64,000 bases of DNA from Octopus vulgaris (GCA_951406725.2 OX597828.1:68448001-68512000), one strand, 5' to 3'. Shown: positions 26,638-40,271, numbered from the stretch's first letter. A program made the numbers and translations. Notes: generated by a model from the letters alone, not told the origin.

Positions 26638-26705
26638 TGTCACTGACCTGTAACAACGGCGAGAGTGAAAAATAACAAACTGTGATGCGAATAATCGAAC
26701 ATTCT

Positions 26706-27230
<525 letters not shown>

Positions 27231-28236
27231 GGTGTTGTTAGAGCGGTGAATCATTTAACTTAGAGTTGTAGAACCATTAAATATTTTCGTCTTCGTGTTG
27301 TTTTTGTTTAGTTCAGGCAAACAATGATTAAATACGTTCATACATTTACCGTCCTCGACTGATAGAAATATAAATGTTCCTCATCTGATACAGCAGAATA
27401 GGAACCTGATATGTTGGGTCTGTCTTCTCCATTTGAGAGAGATAAAAAAGCAAAGCATTTATAAGTAAAAATTTGTTTCTATTTATCTCAGATGAAAAGG
27501 CAGACCCAAAGCGTGTGATTTCTCTACTTAACAAAAGACATCCAAATACGTATTTTTCATTTCTTCTCACCCTACAATCTCCTCAAAACTCACATCTTCT
27601 CCTCATGACAATACTGATCTCATTTTTTATTTTTTTTTTTCGTGTAGAGAGAGTACAGTAGTACTTATTTAAAATGAATAGCTTTAAAGGTTAGCCACTC
27701 TCCTCCAATCACCATCAGCAAAATACTTAGTGGCATTTCGTCAGTCTTTACGTTCTGACTTCAAATTCCGCTGAGGTCGACTTTACCGCTCATCCTTTCG
27801 GGGTCAATAAAATAAATACCAGTTAAACTTTGGGGTTGATGTAATCGACTTATTCCTCCATCCCCCGAAATTACTGGCCTTGTGCCAAAATTTGAAAACA
27901 ATACCGTCTAAACATTTTAGTAAACTGATCTTAATGGACTTATCCCTTTTGTTTATAAATTTTAAACACCCATAAAGGGAACTTTTATCTATTTGCTTAA
28001 ATAACCTCAATTGATTATTCAATATGCTGTATTTTGTGTGACCTCGCCATATTAGTACTTTGCAGTAATTGTATGAAGAATACACCCCGAAGTATTTACT
28101 TTCATCCATATTGTTGATACACGAATCCAGGGTATAAACATCACATTGACGACACTAAAACAGCAGAGAATGGCCTGATAACAATAACGTTTAATGTTTC
28201 ACTGTTTCCCGAAGATTTATATCTAGTAAGAAAAAC

Positions 28237-28655
28237 GGATCTTTTCAGTTTGAACGGCAGTTTTTAACATAATTCGTAGGTAACTAAAAAATTTTAAATT
28301 TCGTATACTGGTAGAATGTGTTTATAAAACATCTTTTTCTCTTGGCTTTATTGAGAAAATTCTATTGTTTGTAAAATATTTGTTGTTTGTTTTCTTCAAT
28401 TTCTGCAATTTCAACCAATCAGTGACGTCTATTGAGTTAAAAAGCATTCTGTGCCGTATGAATATGTCCCTCGTTTAAGAAACAGATTGGGTTTATTTAC
28501 ATTTGTGAAGAAAAAAAGATACCCTTCCCTAACCCTAACTAACCCTAACCCTAAAAGAGATTGAAATGCAATAGATCGATACTAGGGTCATAATTATGGG
28601 TGACAATTTCATATGACACCGCTAGAAAAAACTGCCGTTCAAACCGAAAAGATCC
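28237..28655. mobile_element. Same MITE, copy 2
   Basis: High identity to 1779-2201; TSD agaaaaac. Confidence 0.9.
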
Positions 28656-29020
28656 AGAAAAACAAAATCACTATGGATTCCGTTTGACCAGACTATCTAC
28701 AATGTACTATAAAAACACGTTATACAGACTTGCATGTATTAGCATACACAAAAGGGTACGACTGTCTTATAATTTAAACTAAGTCGAATTTGGGGTGTTG
28801 GGAAGTTTATGTTTTTGTTTACAGTATTAGTGGCATAAATGAAATGTTAGATGAGGCCGTGTCGCAGCTCCAGTTTGCCATTACTAACACATATTGATGG
28901 ATAATACAATAAATGTTTAAAAACAAAATACAAAGTTATATCTTGAGATCGCTAGTGACAACAACTCTCAAAATATATAACAGACTGGAATTGTAGCGCT
29001 CAAATGAGCTGTATTCACTT

Positions 29021-29399
29021 ATTAATCGGAGGGGAGGCAATGTGAGCAGCAACTAAAGGAACATTATAAAATCCGCAGAAAGATCAAACACATACATATA
29101 TTCATATATTCATTTATATCTACAGAACAGATATAAAGTCAGACGTCTGATTTAACAAATTTTTATCAAATGTTTTATGATTTTAAGCGTAAATTCAATG
29201 TGTTATATACGCAACACTGATTCTTATATATTTATCTATTTTATATGATGTTTATTTATTTATATATTATTATATTTTTAAACGTCGGACTTTATATCTG
29301 TTCTGAAGATATAAATGAATATATGAATATTTTTGATCTTTCTGTGGATTTTGTAATCTTCCTTTAGTTGCTGCTCACATTGCCTCCCCTCGGATTAAT
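29021..29399. repeat. Diverged fold-back inverted repeat (~120-bp arms)
   Basis: attaatcggaggggaggcaatgtgagcagcaactaaagga...gacgt versus reverse complement at 29282-29399; 18-bp direct repeat aataaatgtttaaaaaca at 28908 and 29397. Confidence 0.85.
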
Positions 29400-29751
29400 A
29401 AATGTTTAAAAACATACATTTTTGTATATTGTAGTGAATATATTCACACAAAGCTCCTCCAATGTTCCCAACACATACATACGATAGCTGACAGTTCGTG
29501 TTCGAGGTTGACCATCTCTGACCACTTAAAGAATTATTCTTTGATCACTGCCTCTTTAAACTTCCCATGTCTTGTCTTTGGCAACCTCATATCGTATATC
29601 GGTAGGTACGTCTGCATATTGATGTACCGACGCATTAAAATATATTCGAGTAAATTTCAATGTATAACCCTGCGTCTTTTAAAGCCACCAACAGACTTAC
29701 AAACCTGACAAATCTATATATAAGTATTTGGCGCGAAACAACTTCAATACC

Positions 29752-29978
29752 TATTTCTTTACTACCCACAAGGGGCTAAACAGAGAGAGGACAAACAAGG
29801 ACAGACAAACGGATTAAGTCGATTACATCGACCCCAGTGAGTAACTTATTTAAACGACCCCGAAAGGATAAAAGGCAAAGTCGACCTCGGCGGAATTTGA
29901 ACTCAGAACGTAACGCAGATAAAATACGGCTACGCATTTCGCCCGGCATGCTAACGTTTCTGCCAGCTCGCCGCCTTA
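29752..29978 (-). mobile_element. SINE S1 monomer
   Basis: TSD acaacttcaatacc. Confidence 0.85.
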
Positions 29979-30054
29979 ATTACAACTTCAATACCAACAG
30001 CATTATATAAAAAAAATATATATGTTAGATGGTCAGTAAAACAATGGTACTTAC

Positions 30055-30230
30055 CGAATGGTACTCGTTTGGCTTAATAGATCACTGGATTAATATTAAA
30101 CAAGGATATTCTGATGGCCAAATCTTTTACAAATGTATACTCGGAGTGTGTGTGTTTGCGAGATCCGTTGTGTGAAAGAAGCCAGACTGCAGTGTTATCG
30201 TTGTTTTTGGAGTTCAGTAGAGGCCCCGTT
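30055..30230 (-). other. Candidate non-coding first exon of gene B
   Basis: Strong donor cg|gtaagt at 30055 upstream of the signal-peptide exon, which itself has a splice acceptor; 5' boundary is a guess. Confidence 0.35.
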
Positions 30231-31392
30231 GGCTCTCTAGTCCCCCTTTATTGTGTATGCTGTCAATAAAAATTGTTTATCATAAAACTAAAGACGTGAT
30301 CTCAACACCACGACGTTGTTGATTGTCTGACCTGCAACGCGGAGTCTAATTAAATAAAACGTGCCGCTTACGAAATAACTAAGAAGGGAACCTACTACCG
30401 GCTTCAATGTGTACGGAACCCTTTCCAGGTCAAATTTCTTACGAAACAAACTGTTTTTATCAATTTTCAAAATAATCAACAATTTCGAGGGATTTAACAA
30501 AATATTTTTTTATTAAGAAAGCAAAAGGAATCCTTAATTCAGCTGGATGTTTAAACATGACAAAAGTTCTTATATAAAAATTATGACTTGACAATGGAAC
30601 TTCAATGCGGTCATTCGAAATAGCAGCCAAATCTCCCTCAAATCACAAGTTGCTGTCTTGGATAAAATGGAACAACACATTGGATAAAGGAGAGCCAGAT
30701 ATAAAAAAGACAGGATGGTCACGACTTGAACGCCTTTGATCTTTGGTTTGCTCGGTTAGCTGACTCGAGGCTAAACTATGATATAAAATTAAGATGACGG
30801 GTTCCAATCTAAATATAGGCATTTTAAAACTCAACAAAACAGAAACTTTATTTTCTAATTTATTCTGTTGTTTTGGGTTAGTGAAGAGGAGGAGCAGGGA
30901 GAGTCTCTATGACTTTGGTAGCGATAGTAGGTGGAGAGGAGGGAGAGGTGTCCATGACCTTGGTAGTAGTAGTAGGAGGAGGTGTCCATGACCGTGCTAC
31001 TGTTGTTGTTGTTGTTGCTCACATTCAATATCTGAACATTTACTGGCAAAAGACACCGAGGTCGCTTCCCAAGAAGAAACGATTCGTCAGTGAGAAATTC
31101 TTATGGCAATGTGAAAAGACACTTAAAATTTTAGACACATCTTCCTATTCTAAGAAGTATCTGGTTGTGTCACAGATTTCTCGGTCATTATTTATATAAT
31201 ACTAGCAAGAAAGACATATTGGATATGCGAGTCCTTGGGTCTCTTAAAATGACGGGTGATCACGGGTAGGCTCTCTTTAGTTACGGCTACTTGATCAAGG
31301 CTGACCGGAAGTTAGATAGCAACAACAGGCAGACAGATGTGTGTGTATGCGCGCGCATTTATATGTATGTATATATATATATTTTTTTTTTC

Positions 31393-31691
31393 TCGCCCTT
31401 TTTAAGCCTAGCCAGGCTCATGGGCCCGGTTTCCCGGTTTCTGTGGCGTATGTGTTCACCCCAGCTGGACGGGACGCCAGTCCATCGCAGCGTTACTCAA
31501 GAAACAGGAAGAAAGAGTGAGAGAAAGTCGGAGCGAAAGAGTACAACAGGGGTCGCCACCACCCCTGCCGGAGCCTCGTGGAGCTTTTAGGTGTTTTCGC
31601 TCAATAAACACACACAACGCCCGGTCTGGGAATCGAAACCGCGGTCCTCCGACCGCGAGTCTGCTGCCCTAACCACTGGGCCATTGCGCCT

Positions 31692-31694
<3 letters not shown>
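31393..31694 (-). mobile_element. tRNA-derived SINE family S3
   Basis: Minus strand ggaggcgcaatggcccagtggttagggcagcagactcgcggtc...ggtttcgattccc (A and B boxes); related copy at 23237-23505. Confidence 0.8.
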
Positions 31695-31743
<49 letters not shown>

Positions 31744-31744
31744 T

Positions 31745-31940
31745 AGTCAGTCGCCATGATAGATCGTTAGCCACTACACACATTTTTTTCTCTCCTTGTT
31801 TTTTTCTGTGTCCCGTTCTGTAGAAGAGCGTAGGCTCGAAACGTAAAAGAATTTTTCTATCCCTGAGCGTTATACTAATACATCTGTTTGTTTTCTACAC
31901 CACCTGTCTTCGTCTTTTGTCTTTTTCGTAAACTCTACCT
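31745..31940 (+). mobile_element. Short Penelope-like remnant with variant hammerhead motif (31814-31849), copy 2
   Basis: Shares ~190 bp with 9631-9870; flanked by (TA)n. Confidence 0.6.
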
Positions 31941-31961
31941 ATATATATATATATATATATA

Positions 31962-32011
<50 letters not shown>

Positions 32012-32019
<8 letters not shown>

Positions 32020-32228
32020 ATAAATATTAGGGAATAAATCCAAATTTACAAGGAAAAATGAGTTCATAGTTTAAAACTCGCTAAGAAGGTTTAGAAACCA
32101 CCTGAAGAATGTCTAAGATGACACGAAACGATCGTAGTGGTTATTCATTTGTTAAATTTTAATTTATATAAATTATTTTATGTATTGACTTAAGTCTTCC
32201 TTTGTTTGATTTGCATAATAGTGGTTTT
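32012..32228 (+). mobile_element. Penelope-like pseudo-LTR remnant inserted in (TA)n
   Basis: ~215-bp non-repetitive block between two (TA)n tracts, containing the hammerhead fold. Confidence 0.55.
32096..32142 (+). ncRNA. Minimal type I hammerhead ribozyme motif in a Penelope-like element remnant
   Basis: AACCAC-CTGAAGA-A-TGTC-taagat-GACA-C-GAAAC-gatc-GTA-GTGGTT: 6-bp stem I, intact core, palindromic short stem III, GUA triplet; A.C mismatch at the base of stem II. Confidence 0.75.
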
Positions 32229-32240
32229 GTCTCTAATTTG

Positions 32241-32330
<90 letters not shown>

Positions 32331-32667
32331 CATACACACACGCATGAATGGGCAGGTAGATAGAAAGATAGATAGACAGTTCGCCAGAAAGAGAACATTG
32401 TAAACTGTCAAGTTTACAACGTTATGATTGCTTATAACAGTGACTCATTCCAACCCTATCACAAGCGGAAGAAGCATTCATTGCATACGAATATACATTG
32501 CAATATCAATGACAAAGCATGCTCCACCGATCTTTTCAGTCCACTGTTCGATTCGGCAGTCGGCTATCAATGAATTCATATAAAACAACAACAACAACAA
32601 CAACAACAACAAGACAAAAACGAAAGAAACAAAATCAAGGAGAAACAACGGGGCAAGGCATTTTCTT

Positions 32668-32792
32668 TTATTCCGTACATTGATATAAATCATAATTTGT
32701 TAGTTGTTGATTAAAGTGTTGTATATTGTCAGCCAGGCATTCTGCTAACTGCATGTCACACTCACAGACTATTGACGGACAATACCGGGGAT
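32668..32792 (-). CDS. Secreted phospholipase A2 terminal exon
   Basis: tttcag| NPRYCPSIVCECDMQLAECLADNIQHFNQQLTNYDLYQCTE*; CxCD second catalytic Asp motif. Confidence 0.93.
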
Positions 32793-32920
32793 CTGAAAAA
32801 AAAAAAGAAAAGAAAAGAAACAAAGGAATATTTCTGATAAATGACATTGGTTTTAGGGTGAAGGTATATAATCAATGACATCGATATCTCTTACATCTAA
32901 TTGGTACTTATTTACAAGCC

Positions 32921-33333
32921 CGAGCTGGCTAAAACGTTAGCACACCGGGCGAAATGCTTAGCGGTATTTCGTCTGCCGTTACGTTCTGAGTTCAAATTCC
33001 GCCGAGGTCGACTTTACCTTTCATCCTTTCGAGGTCGATAAATTAAGTACCAGTTACGCACTGGGGTCGATGTAATCGACTTAATACCTATGTCTGTCCT
33101 TGTTTGTCCCCTCTGTGTTTAGCCCCTTGTGGTTAATAAAGAAATAGGTATTTCGTCTGCCGCTACGTTCTGAGTTCAAATTCCGCCGAGGTGGACTTTG
33201 CCTTTCATCCTTTCGGGATCGATTAAGTAAATACCAGTTACACACTGGGGTCGATATAATCGACTTAATTCTTTTGTCTGTCCTTGTTTGTCTTCTCTGT
33301 GTTTAGCCCCTTGTGGGTAGTAAAGAAATAGGT
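32921..33333 (+). mobile_element. SINE S1 dimer in PLA2 last intron
   Basis: TSD ggtacttatttac. Confidence 0.85.
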
Positions 33334-35279
33334 ACTTATTTACCAAAGCCCTGAAGAACCAATGTAGACCTTGGTAGGATACAAACACAGAATGGAAAGA
33401 GTAACTACACTGTAAAGCATTAGTGGTGAAGCTTGGAAGCTGCAGCGATTGACGAAATGGTGGACTTAAGAATATATTCAACCACGGTAGTGGTTGAATG
33501 ATATATGTAAAGCGGTTGAATTAGATCCGTCCTTTAATTTGGAGGTTTCCAAAAAAGATTTCTAATAGTGATTCTTTTATATTTTGTTGGTTGTTTAGAG
33601 GCGTAAATTTGCGAATATGAAAATAATCCATGTATATGATGTGTTGTGAATGTATGGAAAGAAATCCCATAAAACGCAACAATTTAGTTAAAAATGGAGA
33701 AGTGCAGCTGTTACAATATATAAGAGAATTTTAATTCATGCAGACGATCGTTTCGTACAGCTATATAAAAATAATGCAAATTCATGATAGAACTGAACTG
33801 AATTAAATTAAATTAATTTTAAAAATTATAAATCACTGTACTCTTCAGTGCAAGAAGTAAAAACAAATTTTTTTTACAAAGGACTTGATAAAGGAAATAG
33901 CAGAAAAGAATCTAGGAGATTCATATTTATCCTTATGAGAAAAAGAGAGGTGAGTCCAGTTAGGTATTAACTATAACTAGTTTTTAGTTATAGTTGCAGT
34001 CGGTGCTGGTGTTTCTGCTGCTTAATGCGTTACCGCTGCCGCCGCCTCCACTGTTGCCATTGTTGTCGTCGATGTTGTTGGGTGCACGCCCAGGATTAAC
34101 ATCGACAGCAGCCACAGCACCATCGGCAACAGCAGTAGCAGCAGCACCAACACTACGGCCAGGGATGATTACTGTAACGGCAACAACTACAGTGACATCA
34201 CCAGACCCACGCCCTGTTATAACAGCACCAGTGACAGCTCCAGCAACAGCAGTGGCAACAACAACTCCAGGCCCGGAGCCAACGTAAGATACACCAGAGG
34301 CGTGTACACAACCAGCATTTAAGTTTAGAGATACATCGGGGCGGCCGGAACTGCCTTCAAGTGGCACCAGTACAACTACAGGTACTCTTTTAGGGTTCCA
34401 CTAAGACTTATGTCACGTCCCTGGCCAGTCACATGTGGCACCATATGGATGAAGAAATAAAATTAAATGGAGGATCATAGAGCATCCGGGGTCCTATATA
34501 AACGGGAGCGGACGAGGCAAGTATCTTGAAAGACTTACTGGACCCAAGATCTTTCTTAAACTTAAGACACCAGATCTATAGCCACTGCCCACATTTCAAA
34601 CGTTACCTGCTGCAGGCGTAGGATTCCCCATTCGTAAAATGTAAAACGTACTTATGGACTGGAACCAGCCTAAGGGCGGATATTCGCTGTCTGCCCTTTA
34701 GGTTTATAATATTTGCTAACCGGACCGGTTTAAGGGAGATAACTTGTTCCGTTTAAGACTCAGAGAATGTATATTATTCTTTTGTTTACAAATTAACCGA
34801 TCGTAACAGTTTTTTTCCTCCAGTTTGGAGAGAGGTTAAAATTCCCGCGGCCATTGGAGTCTGACGTGTCGTCTATGAAGCTAGGCGCTTTATGGATGCG
34901 AAACTATTGGTCACTCTCCACACACACACACGCACACATATATACACGTGACAGGCTTATTTCACATTCCATCTACCATATCTACTCATGATTTTGGTCA
35001 GCCCAGGTGCCACTTAGTGGGACTGCACCCGGAGATATGTGATTGGGAAGGCAAACTTCTTACCACCACACAACGGCGATTGCACCAATTTCTCAATGTA
35101 TATGTATTATTATTATTAATAAATAGTTATATCTATTAAATATTAACGATTACGGTCCTATGACGGAGTCGGTATGTAGTCGCTTTACTTGTTAAAAATA
35201 GCTGACAAATATCTCTCTAATCACAGCCTAACACTTTAGAATGTTCCCTCGTTGCTCTGCTGTATTCAGCATAGCACCG

Positions 35280-35605
35280 TGAAGGTGCGTAACTTAGTGG
35301 TTAGGGTAAATGACTCACGATCGTAAGGTTATGAGTTTGATTCCCGGCAGCACGTCGTGCCCTTGAGAAAGGCACTTTTTGCCACGTTGCTCCAGTTTAC
35401 TCAGCAAGCAAAAATGAATTGTACCTGTATTTCAAAGGGCCAGCCTTGTCACATTCTGTGTCACGATGAATCTCCCTGAGAACTACGTTAAGGGTGTGCG
35501 TGTCTGTGGAATACTCAGCCACTTGCACATTAATTTCACGAGCTGGCTGTTCCGTTGGTCGGATCAAATGGCACCCTCGTCGTCGTAAGCGACGGAGTGT
35601 CAGTA
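35280..35605 (+). mobile_element. tRNA-derived CORE-like SINE
   Basis: ttagtggttagg ... gagtttgattcc ... ccttgagaaaggcactt..cacgttgctccagtttactcagc. Confidence 0.65.
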
Positions 35606-36382
35606 TGGTACACTACATTGTTGCTCAGGATTATATGGCTACACTGTATGGTTATATTCCATTGACTAAGAACCAATAAAGAAGCTGCTACGTTGTCGAT
35701 CGTCTTACTAGAAATGGCAACCAATTTTTTTGAAATCACACTATATCCTCTTATAAAAAGGAAGGTCGTATTTGATAATATAGCTGTAGGTAAAAGAGAG
35801 GCGGGAGTACCATTAACCATTACTTCTGTCTTGTTTTTGGTACCTGACGAATTTAATACTGCTGGTTGTGTCCCGTGTTTTTTCCTTAGATTCACGTGAA
35901 ATCATACAAGTGGAGTGTTGTTTCAATATATTTATATCACTTCATCATGTATTGTGAGACGATATTGAAGAAGTGTGTTGAACTTAAAACTCAGCAGAAG
36001 GGCGGAACAGTTGGCACTATGTAATGATGACAGTACTTTCAAGATCTTCGAGATATAAATTCCTGTTTATCTTCCTATCATCGGTTCCATGGCTATTAAT
36101 GACTTTGTTGGAATTCAAACAGCAAACTACAACTCAAAACTGTTCTAGGAATGATTAACGCGAATGGAATGAATAAAAGCTTAAAGGTGACTTGCACTCT
36201 TCATAAACGCTGATTTCGAATATTGGCACAAATCTATCCATTTTGAGGAAAAGTACTGGCAGTTATTTACCGACCACAGCGGGATGAAGGAGGGGCTAGT
36301 TTTACACTGGTAAGATTTGAACTTAGACATTTTGAGGAACGGCATCGATATTTAGTTGTAAACGAAATAAACCTTTCTACTG

Positions 36383-36762
36383 TAGGCAAAAAGCCTGAAA
36401 TTTTTTTTAGGGAGGGGAATAGTCGATTACATAACTACCAGTCCTCAACTGGTATTCATTTTATCGACTTCGAAAGGAAAAGTCGGTATCAGCGGAATTT
36501 GAACTCAGAATGTATAGACGGACGAAATACCTATTTCTTTTTTACCCACAAGGGGCTAAACATAGAGGGGACAAACAAGGACAGACATAGGTGCTAAGTC
36601 GATTACATCGACCGCAGTGCGTAACTGGTACTTAATTTATCGACCCCGAAAGGATGAAAGGCAAAGTCGACCTCGGCGGAATTTGAACTCAGAACGTAAC
36701 GGCAGACGAAATACCGCTCAGCATTTCGCCCGGCGGGTTAACGTTTCTGCCAGCTCGCTGAC
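36383..36762 (-). mobile_element. SINE S1 chimeric dimer
   Basis: Young body joined to an older diverged body; flanks ttrgttgtaa. Confidence 0.8.
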
Positions 36763-37702
36763 TTGGTTGTAACGGAATAACATAAGACATTTAATAAAGT
36801 GCTCTTCCGACTCTATCGCCTCGACTCACCAACCACTGTCAACCTCGACCTACCAACCTCTACTTTGCATAAATTTTAATTTCTGGAATCGAACATTTGA
36901 ATATTTCGTCTCCAGTATATGACTGGTACTCATTTGAAACATAACTGAAAAATAAAAGAGATCTTTAATTTCAGTGGAATTTGAATCAGGCAAGAGAGAA
37001 GCACAGCTAATTACCACAAATCAATTACGATTCTCTAACAATTTTTCTATTCACAACCTCCACCCGACATAAATTCTAACAAGTGCAGAGTAAAAAGGTT
37101 TTGGCTATATTTCAAGAGAAAGCCACTTCCAGAAATTGCCAAATATTTTTGTAACAAATCGTTGACACTTTCAATGTTGTTTCAGCGTGTGTGGATCTGA
37201 AGAAATATAGCAAAGAACCAATATAATGGTCGGCTTTCCAAAGAGCTTGGTTAGGGTTTGATTGGGATTCGGGGCAGAATTTTGGAAATGTGGAATTTTG
37301 GAATGTGGAAAAAATAGTACCCGAATACCGGAGGTAGAGTAATATGATTTTTACTCTACCTCCAGTAATCGAGTACTATTTTTCCACCTTGTTTCGTATT
37401 TACGTGCTTACTCTGGTGTAAATCGCTCCTTCTTTAGAAAGTTTGAGCGACTCTCCACAAGTAGGAAGACGAAACAGCTGAAAAGAAATGGAACTTTACT
37501 CATTGGATTTATCCCTACGTTCTGAGTTCAAATTCCGCCAAGATCGACTTTGCCTTTCCTCTTTTCGGGGTCGATAAATTAAGTACCAGTTATGCAATGG
37601 GGTCGAGGTAATCGACTAACCACCCCCTCTCTTCCAAATCTCAGGCCTTATGCCTGTAGTAGAAAGGATTATATGGAGCATGTAAAAAGTTAGTATACTC
37701 AC

Positions 37703-37815
37703 TGTCAGTACAGGCACAGTAATGTGTATAGCAGTGATACGTATAATGTGTTAATGGTAAATACAGCAAGTTGCAGTTGATGGAACCATAACACAAGTCG
37801 TGATCAAAACAGCAT
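37703..37815 (-). CDS. Secreted phospholipase A2 exon 4, catalytic His-Asp
   Basis: tttcag| QCCFDHDLCYGSINCNLLYLPLTHYTYHCYTHYCACTD |gtgagt; DxCCxxHDxCY motif across the junction; phase 2-1. Confidence 0.95.
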
Positions 37816-38727
37816 CTGAAAGAAACAAAACAAAGAGGGAAAACGAAACTAACAGTTTGGAATATTTTAAAGAATTTTCTAAAGTTTTCAAATCTCAGTA
37901 AGAAATACTAATGTTCTAATAAAATCTTTTGATCATAAAAATTTATAAACAGATGCAAACTCAAATGGCTTACATTAGTAGAGGATCGAAAAATGAATAT
38001 TTTAAATTTTAAATTATGTTTTTATATTGTAAAATACATAAATTGACTTCAACAAGAAATTAGAAACGGCGGTGACGTCACAGTTCCCCGGGAAAATTGC
38101 CATTGCTTTAATGATCTTGCAAACTGTTGACTTGGTGATAATCTTCGTTCTACGTCTCTGAATCTAAATCCTGGCAAGATATTCTTTTCTTTTCCAGTCG
38201 ATAAATAAAAATAACATCGATAAATGAAATACCAATCATAGACTGATCGATGGCGTCTAGTAAATATAACTGGAAGGAAGGTGAAGAAAACTAAGTTTGT
38301 ATACTTTCATGTTAAAAAACAGCATTTGTTAAGTATGTCACCAGAGGTCGTTAATGTCGTTGAGTGTGGCTATGGCTAAGGTTGCGTTTATAATAATTAC
38401 ATTTAATTCAGGAATGGCTAAACACAACTAACTAAAAAAAAAAGTACTGGACTGCAGAAATAACCAGCAGAATAGTGGAAGTGACAAATTGGCGAAACAC
38501 TCGATAATTTTAAAGTGCTGCTCGCCGCCTAAATAGAGCGGGTCCGTAGGGTAACGATGGACTGCGCCATTTGAGCAGTTATACGTCTTGGCCACGAATA
38601 CAATCTTTATCACAAAAAACGTGCCACTGACCTTACAGCTGGTTGTTTTGTATCCAGTATACTCGGCCAACTAAATTCTAATTAAGCACAAGGTAATACT
38701 TTTAAGAGAAGGTATAATCGATTATCA

Positions 38728-38932
38728 AGCCGGGCGAAATGCGTAGCCGTATTTCGTCTGCCGTTACGTTCTGAGTTCAAATTCCGCCGAGGTCGACTTT
38801 GTCTTTCATCCTTTCGGGGTCGATAAATTAAGTACCAGTTACGCACTGGGGTCGATATAATCGATTCAATCCGTTTGTCTGTCCTTGTTCGTCCTCTCTG
38901 TGTTTAGCCCCTTGTGGGTAGTAAAGAAATAG
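38728..38932 (+). mobile_element. SINE S1, 5'-truncated
   Basis: TSD aggtataatc(g/a)atta. Confidence 0.85.
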
Positions 38933-39149
38933 GTATAATCAATTAAATTAAACCCTAATATTTGACCGGTGCTTTATTTTAGCGATACCAGAATGACGAA
39001 AGGCAAAATCGATCCGCAAGTCGGAGAGTTTCAGTCTCAGAACTAAGTTAAAATGAAAAGACAAAAAAACCCCCAAAAAACAAAAACAAAAGAAAGAAAA
39101 AAAGCCCCAAAAAGCAACAAAAAACAAAAACAAACAAATATAAACAAAC

Positions 39150-40075
39150 AGGCGCAGGAGTGGCTGTGTGGTAAGTAGCTTGTTTACCAACCACATGGTT
39201 CTTGGTTCAGTTCCACTGCGTGGCACCTTGGGCAAGTGTCTTCTACTATATATTTCTTTATTGCCCACAAGGGGATAAACATAGAGGGGACAAACAAAGG
39301 GATTAAGTCGATTACATCGACCCCAGTGCGTAACTGGTACTTTATTTATCGACCCCGAAAGGATGAAAGGCAAAGTCGACCTTTGAACTCAGAACGTAAC
39401 AGCAGGCGAAATACGGCTACGCATTTCGCCCGGCGTGCTAACGATTCTGCCAGCTCGCCTTTTTTTTTTATATCAGTAAAGTGACAATCATTCATGTTTA
39501 GGATTTCAGTCCGCCCGTCACTTAAATCATCACATAATCTACTTTACTTGTTTCAGTCATTTGACTGTGGCCATGCTGGAGCACCGCCTTTAATCGAGCA
39601 ACTTGACACCGGGACTTATTCTTTTGTAAGCCCAGTACTTATTCTATCGGTCTCTTTTGCCGAACCGTTAAGTTATGGGGGACATAAACACACCAGCATC
39701 GGTTGTCAAGCAATGCTAGGGGGACAAACACAGACACACAAACACACGCACACATATATATATATACATATATACGACGGGTTTCTTCTACTATAGACGG
39801 AAACTGAAAGAAGCCTGTCGTATATATGTATATATATATATGTGTGTGTGTGTTTGTGTGTCTGTGTTTGTCCCCCTAGCATTGCTTGACAACCGATGCT
39901 GGTGTGTTTATGTCCCCCATAACTTAACGGTTCGGCAAAAGAGACCGATAGAATAAGTACTGGGCTTACAAAAGAATAAGTCCCGGTGTCAAGTTGCTCG
40001 ATTAAAGGCGGTGCTCCAGCATGGCCACAGTCAAATGACTAAAACAAGTAAAAGAGTAAAAGAGTAAAGAGAGTA
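39150..40075. mobile_element. Rearranged SINE S2 with inverted duplication of its 3' half
   Basis: Head 39150-39250; arms ~39543-39780 (-) and ~39812-40052 (+). Confidence 0.85.
39251..39460 (-). mobile_element. SINE S1 adjoining a SINE S2 head
   Basis: Reverse complement of S1 with small deletions. Confidence 0.8.
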
Positions 40076-40271
40076 AACAAACAAACCTCGCTTAATTAAA
40101 CTGAAATTTCCATCGAAAGCAAAACAAAGAAAAATGAACTGAATTAAAATAATTAATTTTAAGAACGAAGATCAACTGAATTGAACTGAAAGAGTCCCCA
40201 TTAATCCCCCATCAAAAAAAGAAAAAAAAAGAATGGTAAAACAATTCCAGATATTGTATTATATAGCTTAC

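Noticed and set aside
31620-31694. Possible tRNA gene (also ~1390-1455 and ~14198-14265)
   Set aside because: A/B boxes are present but there is no clean cloverleaf, and at 31620 and 14198 they run into SINE bodies; treated as tRNA-derived repeat heads.
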